64,000 bases of DNA, from assembly GCF_036321535.1 (NCBI RefSeq), contig NC_087439.1, positions 93,310,001-93,374,000 on the forward strand, read 5' to 3'. Both the position numbers and the translations under genes were made by a program. The DNA comes from Camelus dromedarius. Taxonomy: Eukaryota. How positions within the stretch are numbered: position 1 is the stretch's first letter; the number at the start of each line of letters is the position of its first letter. Shown piece by piece: positions 58,276-64,000 of the stretch. A model generated the notes under the pieces. That model saw only the letters and a program-made list of their open reading frames with translations, did no database searches and was not told the DNA's origin.

Positions 58276-60999
58276 CTTTTCCACTCAGCTCTGCCTTTCC
58301 CCGAGTCCTCAGCCAAGTTCAGGCACCTACCAGCCGTGTGACCCCCATGCTATCAACCATGGCATGCCTGCTGGGAGCGGGACACTGCCCGAGGTGGGGG
58401 TGATGGCTGGACAGCCCGTCCCATCTCCTGGGTTCCCTAGCAAACAGCAATTCATGGTATCAGCTAGTGTAACATCAGTGAAGTCGTTTCGTTTCCAGCG
58501 TCTTCATCTGCAGAGTGAGGAACTTTTAACCCTTGAGTGATTTGGAACTAAGAGTCTGCAACAAAACTACCTACAAATCTTTTTTTTTTTTTTAAATGTA
58601 GTTACCAGGGTCCTACTCCAAACTCAACTGAAACAAATTTGGCTTGAGGCCTGAAAGGTGGAATTTAGAAACCCCTCAAACTATTTGAATTCAAACCTGT
58701 ATTTTAAGAACCACCAAAAGCGCTGATTCTAAATTTGTTTCCAGCTTGCACATGCTGGGTTTATCTTTAGAAGATCTTTAAATATCTCTCCATGATCCAG
58801 CGTTTACACTTGCACGCTGGCAGCGAAATGCCCACGGGCATTGCATCACCAGGTAGTGGATACCTTCTGAAACGGAGAGCAATTAGCCATTTTTCTGTGG
58901 GATGGACACACTGCGACTCCCCACTGAGCGGAACACACAGCTAACAAGAGGCCTCCCCGTCAGGCCAGGACATGAAGGCATCAGTGAGCTAGACTCACTG
59001 TCAAGACCACCCCCGGCGTTTTCCCCCGAGCACCATTTCAGGCTCTTGGACCAATGCTACTAACCCAATGAACCCCTGGTACAGAGTCTCTCAACCAGAG
59101 AATTTTCAGTTCCGAAGACACTGCTGGAGAAGAGGTCTCTCCCAAGTGAAAAGATGGGGTATTTGGTCCAAGATAATAGGGAAGCAGGTTAGAAATTTAC
59201 AGAAATCATTGGGCAGGACGTGAGCTTCTTCAGGCCGTGTAACTGGGGGCACGAGCCAGGCTGTACTGGTTCTTGGAAGGGCAGAGAAGCTGCCTGTATC
59301 ATCCAGGTAAAGAGTGCACAAAATACGTCATTTTAGAAAATGCTTGCAAAAGGAGAGAATTTCAAGCCAAAGTTGCCATTCTGGAGTGTTTCACAAGTGT
59401 TCCCGGACTCCATGATAAAGAAGGAGATCAAACTCAGTGAACACGGGACCTCAACTGCGCGCAAAACCTACGGAAACTACACTTCAAAGTAAAAGGAAAT
59501 ATTATAGTGAATTACAATTCAATTTAGTACTAGACTGATTTTATTTTTCATGTTAGATTTTATTCCTTCTCTGCTTCTGTACACTGAGTCTGTGAGAATA
59601 AAGACAGCCTTCCTTTGATAGTTGTACCGAAATTGGCCCATGGGGTAGTACAAAGGTTAACACCTGGCCCTGCAGTGAGGAAAATACATGGCTGTTATTG
59701 TAGACACCCAGCCACTGTCCTCCTCTTTCATCTGTTTCCATATCTCCCTTCATCCCCCACTTAACCCAAACAGCTCAGGAAGTCTTCCCAGGATGTCACT
59801 AATTGTGATCTGTTCCTAAAAGGGGAGCACCAATTCCCATCCAGAAAAAACAACTGCAGCGTTAACATTCGCCATACATAAAGATTATAGCCATTCCAGG
59901 GCTGTCCCTAGGCATAGACTAGTGCGGTCCAAACTGGGGCACATGCTGTGCCAAAAAACCTAGATGCACACCTTGGACCCCACCCAAGAGAAGCAGAGTT
60001 AGCAGCTCAGTGACCCCCAGGAGCCAAATCAGGACAACAGGTGCTAAAGTCAGGAATCTGCAGTGCAAACGAGGAGACAGGATGTGACACGAGGTTGACT
60101 ATGGGAGGGGCTGGCTTAACTGTTAGAGGCAGCAAGAGCCTTAGCCTCTCTGGGGTGTGGATGATTTTAAGAAGATGGATGTGTGTGTTCACTTCGGTGC
60201 TGCTGGCAGTCTGGGAGCTCCATGTGGGATCCCACTCTGGCCCGGCCCCTGTGGTCAAGATACCTCTTCCCAGAAGGGACACAGGGGCTGGTCACACATT
60301 GTGCCCCTTTGAAAGGTTCCCGATACCTACAGTGGACTCTCATTCTTACACCTCCCTCTGAGTCTGTGCTATGAATCTATTTCACAACACAGAAGCATCT
60401 ATGCTTTGCTGTGACTTGAGGATGTGTCTTAACCCCCGCATAAGTTAATAAGATCCTTGAAGGAAACTCTTTTTGTCTTATTTATCTTTTTATTAATCCC
60501 AATCCCTACACAAACTGTATACTAACAACCACTGGCTAACTAAATGCGACTCCCTCGAGTGAGATCCGAGGACTTGAACTCAGTTGCTAAGAGTCTTTCC
60601 AGCCGAGAGGAGAATTTTTAACTCAGATTCCAGCTGGTTATGATCTTGAAGGATTCCAGATGAAATATTTCAGTGCTCCTTAAATAGGGGTATGTAGAGG
60701 GTCCAGCAGGAAGACAGAGTCACAGGGAAAGTGTGCTCCACTTTGCTGCAGCATCAGTTTTTTGTGGACACTTTACATGAAAGCATTATCCTTACTACTA
60801 AACAGATAGGAATATGCTGTGGAGAACACAGAATCTTACAGACTGATTACATAAAATACGAGCCATCACTTGGAGTAGACAGGTGTACACAGTTCACCTC
60901 CTTGACCATTAAGGCAATTCACTGAAGTGTGCAATCCTTAAAATATTTAAAAGGAAAACAAAAAAACAAGAAGAGCAGGAACATGATCTTGTCTTAGCA

Positions 61000-61240
61000 T
61001 GATTGGTAGACGTGGGCCTCAACAGACAAGACTCAGACTCCAGGATACATGGGCCCAGATTTGAATCCCAGCTCAGTCACTTCCTAGCTGTGTGACCTCC
61101 GTCCCCAACAAGGTTTACCTTGGGAAAGGGAAGCCTCCGTTCCTTCCTCTGTTAAGTGGGGACTCATGCTTTGTTAGAGGAACTAAGCGAGATCATTCAC
61201 ATGCATAACAAATTGACATGGTGCATTGTGAGTGAGGACC
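61000..61240 (+). mobile_element. MIR fragment
   Basis: gatttgaatcccagctcagtcacttcctagctgtgtgacct...agcctccgttccttcctctgttaagtgggg. Confidence 0.7.
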
Positions 61241-61364
61241 CTTCACGGAATCTTCAGAGAGGGAAGATAAGTACTTGGAAAGTTGAAAATGAAAGATTAT
61301 TCAGTACAAAGCAAACGCCCTAAGGAAACATGCTTCTGTTACCAGAAGGCCATGTGGAGATGGA

Positions 61365-61535
61365 CAAAATTCTACTGCATAGCACAGGGAACTATAGTCA
61401 ATATCTTGTTGTAACCTATAGTAACAAAGAATGTGAAAATGAATGGATGTGTGTATATGTATGCTGAACCACTATGCTGCACACCAGAAATTGACACATT
61501 ATTGTAAACTGACTAGACTTCAACTGAAAAACAAA
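61365..61535 (+). mobile_element. Camelid-type L1 3' end
   Basis: ctactgcatagcacagggaactatagtcaatatcttgttgtaacctat...caccagaaattgacacattattgtaaactgactagacttcaactgaaaaacaaaaa. Confidence 0.85.
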
Positions 61536-62782
61536 AAGCCCACGTGGGAGCTTTGTGGAGCCTCAGAGGAGTCTGACCACAGGGAACAGGCAGAGGTCTG
61601 AGGGGCAGGCCGCCCAGCAGCAGGGACGTCACTGGACTCCAGGCCCCAAGGAGACTGACCACAGGGACCCCAGTCCTGGAGACTCTGGTGTCCCCAGGTG
61701 GACATTAAAGCAAGAGTTCAGACACCAAAAGTAAAACTGAGGCCCAGCGACGGCGGTGGGACCGCAGAGAAGTCTGAAGCCATAGGAGGGGCTGCTGTAT
61801 CAAAATGAGACACACGACTCTTAGCTGACAGAAGCCCAGAGGGAAATTTTTCATAGAAGATTAAATACACGGATCATGTTCAGGCCTTCCTCATGCACAG
61901 CGACCCGCTCACAGGAGGCCTTTAATAAATGTCACTGCAGCTGGCACAGTCATGCCCATGGAGATATGGTGTGGACCGCTGCCCAGCTGGGCCACCTCTG
62001 TCCCGAGAGTCTTCCATTTGGGAAGCAAAGGAAGTCTATCCCTTGATATCTTGTGTTTGGTTTTTGCAGAAACTGATTCTCTCCCACTTGGCATGAGCTG
62101 CCAGGCAAGCGCGTTCTGAGAAAACAGGATGAGTAGCAAGACTGCCGGGTAACGAGCTGGTGCCCGCGCCCCCACACAGCATCCCTGTGGCTCCCAGTCC
62201 TGTGGGGGGAGATGTGTGTGTATGCAGGCGGAGCCGTGGGATCCAGCTCTGGGGGGACCACGCAGAGGCAGGAGTCGGGAGCTGGGGTGGCAGGTGGGCT
62301 CTCATCCAGTTCGGTAACTTGTCTAATTAGGAGCCTTGCAGATTAAGAACTTCTTCCTGTTGCCTTCAGCTATGATGGAGCAATCGCATTTTGCACGTTA
62401 ACCAAGTTCGTTTTGCGCAGACATTACATAAAGCAGGTGTGTTTTAACCTGTCCTTGTTTTTTCATTAAGGCTACACATTTTTATGGGCATCAGAGCCTT
62501 TTAAACTCTGCCCTGCCAAGCCCCCATAGACCTGCTTTTGGGGAAGGAGCCCCCAGCGGGCAATCCAGCAGCAACGCTGGCTCAGCCCCGGCCTGTCTCC
62601 GCCCTAAGTGATCTCACACAGCGAGTTTCCTTATAAACGTCCCTTGGGCTCCCCCCTTAAGCACTGCAAGCACTGGCGGACGTAACAGCCTGTGTCCACG
62701 ATCAATCCGCCTGTGCTGCCCCTGCACTGACACAGCTGCTCACGCCAGCCCAGCCCCCGGGTCACACGACTTTCCTCTCTCA

Positions 62783-62796
62783 GCGCCACCTGGGGA
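62783..62796 (-). promoter_or_regulatory. Candidate CTCF motif, reverse orientation
   Basis: Minus strand TCCCCAGGTGGCGC(TG) versus CCASYAGRKGGCRS: 2 mismatches at the 5' end. Confidence 0.4.
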
Positions 62797-63534
62797 CCCC
62801 GGAAACCGCAGGTCCTGGGACACATGTGAAAACTCAGCAGAGGCCGGCGCTCCTGACGCTTCTCTTGCAGGTGAGAGGTAAATCAGGGCCCTGGCTCCTC
62901 CCTCCCGGAGCCCCAATCACCCACCCGCGTCATAAAGACAGCTTATCAGGCCTCTGCCCTGGGAATCTCCACAAGAACAAAGGGGCCCTGTGAAGGCCAG
63001 TCTCACAGTTTCTATCAGAACCTCAGGGCTGAATATGTGGGAGGCCGGGCAGCTGTTCACCCCCACCCTGCCCGAGCCCAGCTGTGGCCCACCACCCCGC
63101 AAGGGTCTGAAATAAAAGCGAGAGGATGGCCGTGGTCTCGGTGGAGCAAAGCTGACCTTCACCAAATCCAGCCGTGTCCAGGGAACTGTTGAGTGCGGAG
63201 GCCCCAGCTGTCTGGGAAGAAGCTACCCACGTGAGTTTTGTTCATATGCTTCAAATCCTGCATTGTGGTTGATTTCTTCGAGGCTGCTGGGAAATCATCA
63301 CGAATTAGTGTTCTGGTTTGAAACAGAAATAACTGGCTGGTGTTGGCCGGTCAATGTGTGCAGACACTGTCTCTGAAATGGGAATTGTGGCCTTGTCATC
63401 AAAGCAGAGGGCACTCAGGAAGTCCTGAAGGACCTAGTTATTCGTAAGGAAGCCAGACTGGGAACCAAACACATACCCAGGAGCCTAGGAGAAGCTTTGC
63501 TTCTAATACTGGGGACAATTGGGTCCTACAGGAC

Positions 63535-63695
63535 TGTCTGCTAAAGTAGCATTGCCACCATTCTGCATTTCCACCAGCAATGACTGAGAGTTCCTGTCGC
63601 TCCACAGTCTTGCAAACATTTGGTGTTGTCAGTGTTCCAACTTTTGGCCATTCTAGTAGGTGTATGTGTTCTGTGTCATTTTTATTTTGCAGAAT
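63535..63695 (-). mobile_element. Old L1 3' fragment
   Basis: ccattctgcatttccaccagcaatgactgagagttcctgtcgctccacagtcttgcaaacatttggtgttgtcagtg. Confidence 0.8.
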
Positions 63696-64000
63696 CAGAC
63701 TAGCTTGTGCTGTCATGTTCTGGGGGTCCCACTATGGGACTCACCCTAGAGGCTCTCCGTGGACCCCAGGACAGAGTGCAATGAGCGGAGAGGGCTCTTC
63801 TTTGCCTGGTGTGCAGGCGCCATCAGGCAGCCTCATTTGAAGGTACATCCTGGCCAACTTGAAGGCTTTTGGTGGAACTATCAAAAGGCACTCACTGATC
63901 CTTTATGGATGTGAGGTATGTCAGTAAAGATTGGGGGGGGCCACCCCATGAAGTTGTGGCCAGCTCTCCCCTGAAATGCTGCTCACATCCACATCCCAGA

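Noticed and set aside
59110-59306. AG...GT-bounded 197-nt candidate exon
   Set aside because: Weak acceptor and stop codons in all three frames; no evidence beyond the dinucleotides
61569-61669. 19-bp direct repeat (17/19 identity) 82 bp apart containing accaca
   Set aside because: Only two copies; compatible with chance or an old small duplication, and not an array

Overview
Mammalian genomic DNA, most likely camelid (Camelus/Lama/Vicugna). The evidence is a tRNA-derived SINE at 56007-56142 and short young L1 3' ends that match camelid-type repeats as I recall them. I could not identify any protein-coding gene: the supplied ORFs are GC-rich or low-complexity artefacts, L1/ERVL remnants, or unrecognisable. 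The window looks intergenic or deep-intronic. It holds one clear CpG island (~10.8-11.5 kb, promoter-like, gene unidentified), several smaller CpG-rich patches, and a dense record of mobile elements: old and young L1, L2, MIR, MaLR and ERV solo LTRs, an ERVL gag remnant and hAT DNA transposons. Repeat family names come from my memory of consensus sequences, not from a database search; boundaries without a stated TSD are approximate. I found no supportable new biological system. The best leads are: (1) a ~700 bp composite insertion in an old L1 that carries a CpG mini-island, (TG)30 and an inverted copy of nearby L1 sequence; (2) local CpG gain in old repeats, suggesting GC-biased gene conversion; (3) the orphan CpG island with candidate + strand exons; (4) a solo LTR with duplicated octamer and CCAAT modules; (5) CTCF motif geometry.
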